DNA of 51,289 bases from Gammaproteobacteria bacterium (GTDB taxonomy: Bacteria; Pseudomonadota; Gammaproteobacteria; GCA-001735895), in contig JASJBW010000001.1 of assembly GCA_030066315.1 (NCBI GenBank), positions 1 to 51,289 on the forward strand, given 5' to 3'. Both the position numbers and the translations under genes were made by a program. Every line of letters begins with the position of its first letter. Position 1 is the stretch's first letter. Below the pieces are notes generated by a model. The model had not been told where the DNA came from and did not search any database. It saw only the letters and a list, made by a program, of their open reading frames with translations. Shown piece after piece: positions 39,454-48,097 of this stretch.

Positions 39454-39471
39454 TGTAAGAATAATCCTACA
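39454..39471. promoter_or_regulatory. GacA/UvrY-type upstream activating palindrome (TGTAAG-N6-CTTACA-like)
   Basis: The plus strand reads TGTAAGaataatCCTACA, an 11/12 match to the consensus half-sites. Lies upstream (minus-strand sense) of the GGA-rich region. Confidence 0.5.
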
Positions 39472-39483
39472 CGGAATATAAAC

Positions 39484-40428
39484 ATGCTTTTTCCCGCTAT
39501 TAATCCCGATAGTCAATTCCATTTCAGAGTGTCCGACTTGCATGAACTCTATGTTGAAGAATGTGGAAATCCTGAGGGTATCCCCATCGTTTTTATTCAC
39601 GGTGGCCCGGGTGCCAGTTGTGAACCGGCCCACCGGCGTTATTTTGATCCTGAAAAATACCGCATTATTCTATTTGATCAACGCGGCAGCGGTAAATCCC
39701 GGCCTCATGCCAGTCTAGAACAGAATACAACCCAGGACCTCATTGCGGATATGGAAAAAATACGTCAGCACCTGGATATTGATGCCTGGGTGTTGTTTGG
39801 GGGGTCCTGGGGTTCCACCCTGGCTTTGGCTTATGCTGAAGATCACCCGGAACGGGTGCTGGGTCTGATCCTCAGAGGCGTATTCTTATGCCGAGCGCAA
39901 GACATTCACTGGTTCTACCAAAAAGGGACTTCTCGACTATTTCCTGAAGCCTGGAAAGCCTTTATCCATCCCATTCCTGAAGCGGAAAGGGATAACCTGG
40001 TTACCGCTTATTATGGGCGATTAACCAGTGAAAATGAATTGGAGCGTATGGCTGCTGCCAAGGCTTGGTCAATCTGGGAGGGTAGTACAGCCACCTTAAG
40101 GCCTAATCATGCTGTCCTGGATTATTTTGCGGATCCCCATATTGCCCTCAGTATCGCCCGTATAGAATGCCACTATTTTGTTAATCAGTGCTTCTTCACA
40201 GAAAATCAGCTGTTACAGAATGTCTATAAAATTAAACATATCCCGGGTTTCATTGTGCATGGCCGATATGATGTCATCTGTCCAATAGATCAATCTTTTG
40301 AATTACATGCCCTGTGGCCAGAAAGCCAATTGAAGATTATTCCTGATGCGGGTCATGCGGTATCCGAGAGTGGAATTACTCAGGCGCTGGTAGACAGTAC
40401 CAATGCCATGTTACGAATACTTTCGTGA
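39484..40428 (+). CDS. pip: Prolyl aminopeptidase (proline iminopeptidase)
   Basis: 314 aa. 'FIHGGPG', nucleophile elbow 'GGSWGSTLAL', C-terminal 'DAGHA'. Confidence 0.93.
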   Translation: MLFPAINPDSQFHFRVSDLHELYVEECGNPEGIPIVFIHGGPGASCEPAHRRYFDPEKYRIILFDQRGSGKSRPHASLEQNTTQDLIADMEKIRQHLDIDAWVLFGGSWGSTLALAYAEDHPERVLGLILRGVFLCRAQDIHWFYQKGTSRLFPEAWKAFIHPIPEAERDNLVTAYYGRLTSENELERMAAAKAWSIWEGSTATLRPNHAVLDYFADPHIALSIARIECHYFVNQCFFTENQLLQNVYKIKHIPGFIVHGRYDVICPIDQSFELHALWPESQLKIIPDAGHAVSESGITQALVDSTNAMLRILS

Positions 40429-40859
40429 TTGCTTTATTGCAAAGAGTACGCGAAGCTCGAGTTGAAATTAATCACTCGATCGTGGGTCAAATAGGCCAGG
40501 GATTGCTGGTGTTTGTTGGATTTGAACCCTCGGATAATAAAGTTACGGTAAAACGGCAGTTGGATCGTCTGCTGGCCTATCGAATTTTTGCTGATCAAGA
40601 TGAAAAAATGAACCTTTCGTTGCTAGATATTGAAGGTGGATTGTTGTTGGTGCCCCAGTTTACCCTTACTGCAGATACCACACGCGGCAGGCGACCGAGT
40701 TTCACGAGCGCTGCTGCACCGCAGCTAGGGCAAGAATTGTTTGATTATTTATGTGATCAAGCTCGCAATGATTACCAGGAGGTGGCTACTGGAACGTTTG
40801 GTGCGGATATGCAAGTACACCTACAAAATGATGGTCCCGTCACCTTTATTTTGAATTAG
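40425..40859 (+). CDS. dtd: D-aminoacyl-tRNA deacylase
   Basis: 144 aa. 'MIALLQRV' N-terminus, 'PQFTL', 'GADMQVHLQNDGPVT'. GTG start overlapping the pip stop. Confidence 0.94.
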   Translation: MIALLQRVREARVEINHSIVGQIGQGLLVFVGFEPSDNKVTVKRQLDRLLAYRIFADQDEKMNLSLLDIEGGLLLVPQFTLTADTTRGRRPSFTSAAAPQLGQELFDYLCDQARNDYQEVATGTFGADMQVHLQNDGPVTFILN

Positions 40860-40869
40860 AGAGGAAGTT

Positions 40870-41634
40870 ATGCTGAATTTTAGTCTGAAGATAATGATGA
40901 TGCTCATCGTGTCAGGAATGGTGCAGGCCTCAGATCTTGCACGTGAGCAGCGCATGATGGATGAAGTTGCTGATACCATCTTGGATGGTGAGGTTGAGAT
41001 GCTCAGTGCCGAAGACCTGGAGTTTTTTAGTATTTATACTGAAGCTGAAGAGGCCAGGGGTGCGGTATTGGTGCTCCATGGTCGCGGCTTTCATCCCGAT
41101 TGGGCGGATACGATTAATCCTTTGAGAGTCGGACTGATAGAACATGGTTGGAACACACTTTCCATCCAGTTGCCCGTGTTGGAAAAAACAGCGAAATATT
41201 ATGATTACGTTCCAATTTTTGGTGAAGCAATTCCTCGAATTGAAGCCGCTATTGATTATTTGTTGAAACAGGGTAATCAAAAAATTATTCTCATTGCGCA
41301 TAGTTGCGGAGTGCATATGGCCATGCATTACGTACGTGAAAAAGGAGAAGGACGTTTCGATGCGTTTGTAGGTATTGGGATGGGCGCCACGGATTACAAA
41401 CAACCTATGCGACAACCCTTGCCGCTGGATCAAATGAAAAAACCTGTACTGGATATTTATGGCGGTGATGATTACCCGGCCGTACATCGCTTGGCGGCCC
41501 TGAGAGCGCAAATGCAGGAGGACGGTAGTTCACTGTCTGAACAGATTAAGGTTGATGGTGCCAATCATTATTTTACCGATAAAGGTGACATCTTGGTTGA
41601 AACGGTAGCGAACTGGTTAGAAAAATTAAAATGA
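40870..41634 (+). CDS. Secreted alpha/beta-hydrolase-fold protein
   Basis: 254 aa. Signal peptide. 'VLVLHGRG' and nucleophile-elbow-like 'LIAHSCG'. Specific family uncertain. Confidence 0.6.
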   Translation: MLNFSLKIMMMLIVSGMVQASDLAREQRMMDEVADTILDGEVEMLSAEDLEFFSIYTEAEEARGAVLVLHGRGFHPDWADTINPLRVGLIEHGWNTLSIQLPVLEKTAKYYDYVPIFGEAIPRIEAAIDYLLKQGNQKIILIAHSCGVHMAMHYVREKGEGRFDAFVGIGMGATDYKQPMRQPLPLDQMKKPVLDIYGGDDYPAVHRLAALRAQMQEDGSSLSEQIKVDGANHYFTDKGDILVETVANWLEKLK

Positions 41635-41708
41635 TACCGTGGTTTGGGGTATATTTTTAATGCCCGGGGCTATATTATCTGCATCCGAATTTAGTACTCA
41701 TTAATTCC

Positions 41709-42302
41709 ATGTCACAACGTATAGCGACGGTTACAAGAGATACCCTGGAAACCCAGATCACGGTTACTATTAACCTGGATGGTGAGGGAAAATCCAGCTT
41801 TTCCACAGGCATTCCATTCCTGGAGCACATGTTGGACCAGATCGCACGTCACGGGCTCATCGATCTGGATATCAGCGCCAAAGGCGACTTGCACATCGAT
41901 GACCATCATACCGCTGAAGACATCGGGATTACCCTGGGTCAGGCATTTATCCAGGCGTTGGCAGATAAAAAAGGTATTCAACGTTATGGTTTTGCTTATG
42001 TACCACTGGATGAAGCGCTTTCACGGGTAGTGATTGATTTTTCCGGTCGCCCCGGCATTGAATATCGGGTGCAGTACCCGCGCGCGCGTATTGGCGCTTT
42101 TGACGTCGATCTCATCCATGAATTCTTTCAAGGTTTTGTCAACCATGCGCTTGCAACTGTGCATATCGATAACATCAGCGGGCAAAATGCACACCATATC
42201 GCTGAGACCATTTTTAAAGCTTTTGGTCGGGCGGTGAGAATGGCGATCAGTTTTGATGAACGTATGTCTGGCATCATTCCTTCAACTAAGGGTAGCCTCT
42301 AG
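41709..42302 (+). CDS. hisB: Imidazoleglycerol-phosphate dehydratase
   Basis: 197 aa. '[11 protein letters not shown]' and '[14 protein letters not shown]'. Confidence 0.97.
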   Translation: MSQRIATVTRDTLETQITVTINLDGEGKSSFSTGIPFLEHMLDQIARHGLIDLDISAKGDLHIDDHHTAEDIGITLGQAFIQALADKKGIQRYGFAYVPLDEALSRVVIDFSGRPGIEYRVQYPRARIGAFDVDLIHEFFQGFVNHALATVHIDNISGQNAHHIAETIFKAFGRAVRMAISFDERMSGIIPSTKGSL

Positions 42303-42340
42303 TTAAATTCACCCATGATTGACCTTATGCAGGATTCTTA

Positions 42341-42988
42341 ATGCAAACCATTGCCGTTATCGATTATGGTATGGGTAATTTGCGCTCTGTCACCAAAGCA
42401 CTGGAACACGTCGTTAGTAACAATCAGCGCGTGATTCTAACTTCCGCGCAAAAGGAAGTAGCTGCTGCTGATAAAGTAGTTTTTCCAGGGCAGGGAGCTG
42501 CCAGGGATTGTATGCGTGCAATTGACGATTATGAATTACGCGACACTATTATCAATGTGGCCAGAAATAAGCCATTCCTGGGGATCTGCATGGGCATGCA
42601 AGTGTTGGTTCACGCCAGTGAAGAAAATGGAGGGACTGATTGTTTGTCATTGTTTCCTGGTGAAGTGAAATATTTCGGTGACCATTTGGTCAATACAAAG
42701 GGAGAAAAATTGAAAGTCCCACACATGGGCTGGAACCAGGTTCAACAAACCCGTCCTCATCCCTTGTGGCGGGGTATCAAAGATAACAGTCGATTTTATT
42801 TTGTGCATAGCTACTACCTTGAAACCGAGACGGCAGACCTGGAAACCGGTCATTGCCATTATGGTAAATCCTTTACCTGTGCAATCGCCAAAGACAATGT
42901 ATTTGCAATGCAATGTCATCCGGAGAAAAGTGCAGACGCGGGATTACAACTATTAACTAATTTTGTTCAGTGGGACGGCCAATCATGA
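42341..42988 (+). CDS. hisH: Imidazole glycerol phosphate synthase, glutamine amidotransferase subunit
   Basis: 215 aa. 'GICMGMQ' catalytic Cys and 'QCHPEKS'. Confidence 0.97.
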   Translation: MQTIAVIDYGMGNLRSVTKALEHVVSNNQRVILTSAQKEVAAADKVVFPGQGAARDCMRAIDDYELRDTIINVARNKPFLGICMGMQVLVHASEENGGTDCLSLFPGEVKYFGDHLVNTKGEKLKVPHMGWNQVQQTRPHPLWRGIKDNSRFYFVHSYYLETETADLETGHCHYGKSFTCAIAKDNVFAMQCHPEKSADAGLQLLTNFVQWDGQS

Positions 42989-43716
42989 TACTCATACCTG
43001 CAATTGACATAAAACAGGGCCAATGTGTTCGATTACGTCAAGGCAAGATGGAAGATACGACCGTCTTTTCAGATGATCCGGTGGCGATGGCTGGCCAGTG
43101 GGTCAAGCAGGGAGCGCATCGATTACACCTGGTCGACCTGGATGGAGCTTTTGTGGGTGAGCCAGTCAATGCTGATGTGATTGAAAATATCTCAGCCGCT
43201 TTCCCCGATCTGCCCATTCAAATTGGTGGGGGTATTCGAAATGTAGAAACGGTGGAGGCCTATCTTGCAGCCGGCGTAGAGTTTGTCATTATCGGTACTC
43301 AAGCCGTTAGAAATCCTGAGTTTGTCACTGAGTTGTGCGCTGAATTTCCCGGTCATGTGATTGTGGGGATAGATGCCAAAAATGGCTTGGTAGCGGTGCA
43401 GGGGTGGGCAGAATCCTCCGATACATCGGCGGAGCATCTGGCACAGAGATTCGAAGACCAGGGCGTATCCGCCATTGTGTATACCGATATTAGTCGTGAC
43501 GGCATGATGCAGGGTGTCAATGTGGTCGCAACTCAACATCTTGCTGAAGCGATTTCCATACCGGTGATTGCCTCGGGGGGAGTGACGAATATCGATGATA
43601 TCAAGCAATTGAATAGTGTTAAGGAGGCTGGTATCGATGGTGTCATCATTGGACGGGCGTTGTATGAAGGGACTATCAGTTTAACTGAAGCACAGGCGTT
43701 TATAGATGGTCACTAG
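42985..43716 (+). CDS. hisA: ProFAR isomerase
   Basis: '[17 protein letters not shown]' and 'ASGGV'. Start set at ATG 42985 (ATGA overlap with the hisH stop). The track ORF begins 15 nt earlier. Confidence 0.96.
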   Translation: MILIPAIDIKQGQCVRLRQGKMEDTTVFSDDPVAMAGQWVKQGAHRLHLVDLDGAFVGEPVNADVIENISAAFPDLPIQIGGGIRNVETVEAYLAAGVEFVIIGTQAVRNPEFVTELCAEFPGHVIVGIDAKNGLVAVQGWAESSDTSAEHLAQRFEDQGVSAIVYTDISRDGMMQGVNVVATQHLAEAISIPVIASGGVTNIDDIKQLNSVKEAGIDGVIIGRALYEGTISLTEAQAFIDGH

Positions 43717-43731
43717 TGATGAGAAAAAAAG

Positions 43732-44505
43732 ATGGGATTAGCCAAACGTATTATCCCATGCTTGGATGTCGATAATGGTCGTGTGGTCAAGGGTGTTAAG
43801 TTCGTTGAGATACGCGATGCTGGGGATCCGGTAGAAAATGCTCGTCGTTATAATCTTGAAGGTGCCGATGAACTGACTTTTCTGGATATTACGGCCAGCT
43901 CTGATAACAGGGATACGATGGTTCACGTGGTAGAGGATGTGGCGAGTGAGGTATTTATACCTTTGACTGTCGGTGGGGGTATACGTGAAATCGCCGATGT
44001 GCGAAAAATGCTTAACGCCGGAGCCGACAAAGTGGGCATTAATACGGCAGCCGTTTTTAACCCGGATTTTGTAAAACAGGCCGCTGATAAATTTGGTTCC
44101 CAATGTATTGTAGTGGCAGTGGATGCCAAAAGGGTTAGCCAGCCCGAAGAACCTAATCGCTGGGAGATCTTTACCCATGGAGGCCGCAAGCGAACCGGTA
44201 TCGATGCACTGGAATGGGTACAGCGTATGGATGAATATGGAGCCGGCGAAATTCTCTTAACCAGTATGGACCGTGACGGTACCAAGCAGGGTTTTGATAA
44301 TGAATTGACGCGCGCTGTCTCAGAGGCTGTGAAGATTCCGGTCATTGCTTCGGGCGGTGTGGGAACGCTTCAGCACATGGCTGATGGGGTATTGGAAGGC
44401 AAAGCCGATGCGGTATTGGCAGCCAGTATTTTTCATTTTGGAGAATACCGGATCAGTGAAGTGAAAGCCCATATGAAAAGCTGTGGCATCGAGGTGCGAG
44501 AATGA
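43732..44505 (+). CDS. hisF: Imidazole glycerol phosphate synthase, cyclase subunit
   Basis: 257 aa. 'RIIPCLDV', 'TVGGGIR', 'IASGGVG'. Confidence 0.98.
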   Translation: MGLAKRIIPCLDVDNGRVVKGVKFVEIRDAGDPVENARRYNLEGADELTFLDITASSDNRDTMVHVVEDVASEVFIPLTVGGGIREIADVRKMLNAGADKVGINTAAVFNPDFVKQAADKFGSQCIVVAVDAKRVSQPEEPNRWEIFTHGGRKRTGIDALEWVQRMDEYGAGEILLTSMDRDGTKQGFDNELTRAVSEAVKIPVIASGGVGTLQHMADGVLEGKADAVLAASIFHFGEYRISEVKAHMKSCGIEVRE

Positions 44506-44888
44506 ACTCGGCCGTGCTCGATATGCTCAAATGGGATGAGCAGGGCTTGGTACCTGCGATTGCACAAGATGCAGACAGTCACGAAATACTCATGATGGCG
44601 TGGATGAACCGAGACGCACTGCAGTTAACCATGGAAAAACAGCAGGCAGTTTACTGGTCAAGATCCAGGCAAAAACTCTGGTTCAAAGGAGAGGAATCGG
44701 GTCATGTACAGGAAGTCCAGGAAATCAGAATTGACTGTGATGCTGATGTGGTTCTATTGCAGGTTAAACAAATCGGTGGCATTGCCTGTCACACCGGAAG
44801 AAAACGGTGTTTTTTTCGGGTGTTAAGCAATGGTGAATGGCAAGAGGATGAAGCCATCCTCAAGGATCCCACCGAAATTTATCAATGA
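44502..44888 (+). CDS. hisI: Phosphoribosyl-AMP cyclohydrolase
   Basis: 128 aa. '[17 protein letters not shown]', 'DCDADVVLL', 'ACHTG'. Confidence 0.96.
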   Translation: MNSAVLDMLKWDEQGLVPAIAQDADSHEILMMAWMNRDALQLTMEKQQAVYWSRSRQKLWFKGEESGHVQEVQEIRIDCDADVVLLQVKQIGGIACHTGRKRCFFRVLSNGEWQEDEAILKDPTEIYQ

Positions 44889-44898
44889 AGACAAGAGC

Positions 44899-45222
44899 AT
44901 GAGTAATGATATACTTATACGTTTGATGGATGTGCTTGAAGCACGTAAACAGGCTGATGCCGATGCATCCTATGTGGCGAGCTTGTATCAAAAGGGTTCG
45001 GATGCAATCCTGAAAAAAATTGGAGAGGAATCCGCTGAAACCATCATTGCTGGAAAAAACGGGGATGATGAGCAAATAATTTATGAAATGGCCGACCTGT
45101 GGTTCCATAGCCTGGTGTTACTGGCGCACAAGGAATTATCAGTCGAGCAGGTTTTACAAGAACTGGATCGCCGATTTGGCCTGTCAGGGCATGAAGAAAA
45201 GGCATCCAGGAAACAATCTTAA
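44899..45222 (+). CDS. hisE: Phosphoribosyl-ATP pyrophosphatase
   Basis: '[10 protein letters not shown]', 'KIGEESAE', 'EMADLWFH'. Start set at ATG 44899 (MSNDIL...). The upstream part of the track ORF overlaps hisI. Confidence 0.94.
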   Translation: MSNDILIRLMDVLEARKQADADASYVASLYQKGSDAILKKIGEESAETIIAGKNGDDEQIIYEMADLWFHSLVLLAHKELSVEQVLQELDRRFGLSGHEEKASRKQS

Positions 45223-45232
45223 GAGGTGAAAT

Positions 45233-45457
45233 ATGGGTTTTGGAGGAATTAGTATCTGGTCGCTGTTGTTGATTCTGGCCATTGTGGTGCTGTTATTTGG
45301 AACTAAAAAATTGCGCAACGTGGGGTCTGATCTGGGCGGTGCGATTCGCAGTTTTAAAAAGTCTGTCAAGGAAGAGGACGATAATGCCGCTAAAGCAGGA
45401 AAAGACAGCGGTAATGTGATCGAGGGAAAGGTCAGCGAGGACAAGGATAAAGTTTAA
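45233..45457 (+). CDS. tatA: Twin-arginine translocase subunit TatA
   Basis: 74 aa. '[27 protein letters not shown]' followed by an amphipathic helix. Confidence 0.95.
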   Translation: MGFGGISIWSLLLILAIVVLLFGTKKLRNVGSDLGGAIRSFKKSVKEEDDNAAKAGKDSGNVIEGKVSEDKDKV

Positions 45458-45463
45458 TCCATC

Positions 45464-45853
45464 ATGTTCGATTTTGGCTTTGCCGAGATGCTGGTTATCG
45501 GCATCGTGGCATTACTGGTCATCGGACCAGAGCGATTACCCTCGGTAGCTAGAAAAGCCGGCACCTACTTTGCACGCATTCGTCGTTTCGTGACCAATGT
45601 GCGTGCTGATGTGGAACGTGAATTTCGTACCGACGAATTACAGAAAATGCTTGAACAACAGAAGGATGAGTTGCAATCCTTGCGTAATGTAGTCAACGAA
45701 ACTCGCAAGGATATTGATCTGGAATCGATAGAAAAAACCATTCGTGATACCGGCGAAGAGGTCATGTCAGATGAAAGCCATGCCCAATCGGATAAAGACA
45801 AGGAAGATGGCGCCGAAAAAGATAAACCCAACGTCAATGAATATCTTCCTTAA
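45464..45853 (+). CDS. tatB: Twin-arginine translocase subunit TatB
   Basis: 129 aa. '[26 protein letters not shown]'. Confidence 0.94.
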   Translation: MFDFGFAEMLVIGIVALLVIGPERLPSVARKAGTYFARIRRFVTNVRADVEREFRTDELQKMLEQQKDELQSLRNVVNETRKDIDLESIEKTIRDTGEEVMSDESHAQSDKDKEDGAEKDKPNVNEYLP

Positions 45854-46875
45854 TGGCTGAGACCGAGCAACAACCGGAGGAGAAAAGCGAATCTTCCTCA
45901 ATGGGTTTGATGTCGCATTTGATTGAATTGCGTGACCGCTTGTTACGTATCGTCTTGGCCATTTTATTCATATTCCTGTGCCTATTTTATTGGGCCAACG
46001 ATATTTATACTTATCTGGCCGGGCCATTAACCCAACATCTGCCGGAAGGGTCACAGATGATAGCGATTGATGTCGCTTCACCTTTCCTGACACCCTTCAA
46101 ACTGGTTCTGATGCTGTCGATATTTCTCGGGATGCCTTATATCCTTTACCAAATCTGGGCATTTGTAGCCCCGGGTCTGTACAAGCATGAAAAACGCCTG
46201 GCCGGTCCGCTACTCGCCTCCAGTATTATATTGTTTTATTGCGGCATGGCTTTTGCCTTTTACGTGGTTTTTCCCCTGGTATTTGGTTTTTTTACCTCGG
46301 TGGGTCCTGAAATGGTCAGTATTTCCACGGATATCGGACGTTATCTTGATTTCGTCATTTCCCTGTTTTTTGGTTTTGGCATTGCTTTTGAAGTACCGAT
46401 TGCCACCATCATTTTGGTAGCCATGGGGATGACTACACCAGCCAAATTAGCTGAGAAACGCCCTTTTGTAATCGTTGGGGCTTTTGTGATTGGCATGTTA
46501 TTGACACCGCCCGATATTATTTCCCAGGTTTTGTTGGCAGTTCCGATGTGGTTGTTATTCGAAGCCGGTGTGATTGCATCGAGTTACATTTTTGCGGATA
46601 AACTCAAAAAGGAAGCAGAAGAGGAAGCGGCCATGGCCGCTGAACAAGAACAGGCCGCTGCTACTAGTACGGTTTACGGAGATGAGTTTGATGTGGTTGA
46701 TGATCCCGCACTGGATGCCAATGATAGTGGCCATGCGGATTACGAACCCTTAACGGATGAAGAAATGGAAGCTGAAATGAATCGTATCGAGGAAGAGGAG
46801 TATTACTACGACGATGACGATGAGGAAGATACCGCTGAACAACCCACTGCCGATGACTCCAAGGAAAAAAAATAA
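45853..46875 (+). CDS. tatC: Twin-arginine translocase subunit TatC with about 90-aa acidic C-terminal extension
   Basis: 340 aa. '[13 protein letters not shown]', six TM segments, 'TPPDIISQ'. The tail after about residue 250 is Glu/Asp/Ala-rich. Confidence 0.95.
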   Translation: MAETEQQPEEKSESSSMGLMSHLIELRDRLLRIVLAILFIFLCLFYWANDIYTYLAGPLTQHLPEGSQMIAIDVASPFLTPFKLVLMLSIFLGMPYILYQIWAFVAPGLYKHEKRLAGPLLASSIILFYCGMAFAFYVVFPLVFGFFTSVGPEMVSISTDIGRYLDFVISLFFGFGIAFEVPIATIILVAMGMTTPAKLAEKRPFVIVGAFVIGMLLTPPDIISQVLLAVPMWLLFEAGVIASSYIFADKLKKEAEEEAAMAAEQEQAAATSTVYGDEFDVVDDPALDANDSGHADYEPLTDEEMEAEMNRIEEEEYYYDDDDEEDTAEQPTADDSKEKK

Positions 46876-46968
46876 AGCCCCATTCTCCTCCTAGCCTGAT
46901 GGATGTTTAATCCAGCGGTTATTCCAGAATAACTGCATTTTTCTATCATTCTGCCGATAGTATTCGGC

Positions 46969-47517
46969 ATGAACAGATTCAAGCCCATAAGACTGACGGT
47001 CACACTTTTGATGTTACTTCCTATCAACAGCGCCGTTGCGTTTGAATTATTGGGTATAGACGTGATCAATACGCGCAAAGATGCCTTCAGGCAGGCCCTC
47101 AAGGCTACGGGAGTTGAATTGATTTCGGAGGCGGGCGAGGATCAATTTTTTGACAGTTATTCCAGCCAAAATCTGTTGCCAGGTTCCAAACGGCTTTACC
47201 TCGGTTTTGTCAAAAAAGACGACCGGTTTGCATTTGCTGAATACGAATTTATGGGTCTTCAGCAATCCCTATTACTCAATAAACTGAGAGAAAAGTATGG
47301 GCGTTATCGCGAGCGTAAGGGGCGCTTCCTATCTGATTTTGAGTATCTCTGGAGCCAGAATGGTATTAACATTTCTCTTTTGACAGACTGGGATCAGTAT
47401 CGAACACGACTGATTTATGCACATCCGGAGGCCTTTACAGCATTACAACAGGAATTCCTTGAGTATCAACAAAAAAACCGGGAAGCTTCTTCCGCGTTCA
47501 ATTTAAATGCCTTTTAG
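46969..47517 (+). CDS. Hypothetical secreted protein
   Basis: 182 aa. Signal peptide 'LTVTLLMLLPINSAVA/F'. No recognisable family. Confidence 0.5.
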   Translation: MNRFKPIRLTVTLLMLLPINSAVAFELLGIDVINTRKDAFRQALKATGVELISEAGEDQFFDSYSSQNLLPGSKRLYLGFVKKDDRFAFAEYEFMGLQQSLLLNKLREKYGRYRERKGRFLSDFEYLWSQNGINISLLTDWDQYRTRLIYAHPEAFTALQQEFLEYQQKNREASSAFNLNAF

Positions 47518-47689
47518 ATTCATTTTACAAAGCTAGCGCAAACCATCAATCCCAATAAAATTGAATAAAAGGGTAAATATTAAGCCGTTTATCTAATTTT
47601 TGTGCGGGTTATCACAGGTTTTTAGTGAAATTGAGGTGATATCCAGCTTTTTCTGTTAAACTCTTTTTAAATCAACTGTTTAATGAAAA

Positions 47690-47926
47690 ATGAATTTTCC
47701 TTCTTCGATCACCAGTGCTTATACAGGTCTGCAAACCCAGACTCAACGTCTGGAACGAAACGTTGCGGAAGTTTCGCGCATTGAGGCGACTGCTGGCCGT
47801 GACAGCTCGACCCAGGATCGTGCATTGGTTGAGCAACTCGATATCATTAACAGTATGCAGGCCAATGCTCGTTCACTCGAAGCAGCCAGTGAACGAATCG
47901 GTACTTTAATCGATATCAAGGTCTAA
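47690..47926 (+). CDS. Small hypothetical protein with flagellar-rod-like N- and C-terminal segments
   Basis: 78 aa with protein-like composition (A/S/T/Q/R-rich). 'TGLQTQTQRLERNVAEV' and 'LVEQLDIINSMQANARSLEAASERIGTLIDI'. No obvious Shine-Dalgarno sequence. Confidence 0.4.
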   Translation: MNFPSSITSAYTGLQTQTQRLERNVAEVSRIEATAGRDSSTQDRALVEQLDIINSMQANARSLEAASERIGTLIDIKV

Positions 47927-48039
47927 GATTCTATATTGCTATAGTTACTGGCTACAAGCACTGAAGCCTACGCTTGGGGCTCATTAACGTATCAATCCCC
48001 TCAACTCGGCAAATAGAGTAAAAGGTTGTTATCAAACCC

Positions 48040-48066
48040 TTAAGTTTTTACCCGCCAAGCCGATAC
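48040..48066 (+). promoter_or_regulatory. Sigma-28 (FliA)-type promoter of the MCP gene
   Basis: TTAAGTTT (48040-48047), N11, GCCGATAC (48059-48066), compared with the consensus TAAAGTTT-N11-GCCGATAA. Lies about 32 nt upstream of the MCP ATG. Confidence 0.65.
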
Positions 48067-48097
48067 ATGCAGATATCATCAAAAAGCGATATCTATC

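Noticed and set aside
39240-39485. 81-aa minus-strand ORF in the ttcA-pip gap.
   Set aside because: It has no Shine-Dalgarno sequence and an odd composition. Its stop sits inside the terminator stem, and its start lies beyond the GacA-box, overlapping the pip start codon. The region is better explained as a non-coding RNA locus.
40930-41511. 193-aa ORF antisense to the alpha/beta hydrolase gene.
   Set aside because: It is a shadow ORF with no motifs. The sense-strand gene has a signal peptide and hydrolase-fold blocks.
41635-41708. Possible his-operon leader peptide or attenuator upstream of hisB.
   Set aside because: There is no run of His codons, no small leader ORF and no alternative hairpins in the 74-bp gap. 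hisG/hisD are also not here, so this is not the operon front.
43192-44345. Three 138-146-aa ORFs antisense to hisA/hisF.
   Set aside because: They are shadow ORFs within unmistakable his genes.
44830-44898. Upstream extension of hisE overlapping hisI.
   Set aside because: HisE homology starts at MSNDIL (ATG 44899). The extension is out-of-frame read-through of the hisI 3' end.
46918-46942. Hairpin GTTATT-CCAG-AATAAC followed by TGCATTTTT after tatC.
   Set aside because: It is a 6-bp, almost all-AT stem with an interrupted T-run. Too weak to report as a terminator.
47560-47595. Second sigma-28-like element (TAAAAGGG ... GCCGTTTA) upstream of the 78-aa ORF.
   Set aside because: Only about 4-5/8 and 6/8 matches, with a 9-10-nt spacer instead of 11. 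Too weak to call.
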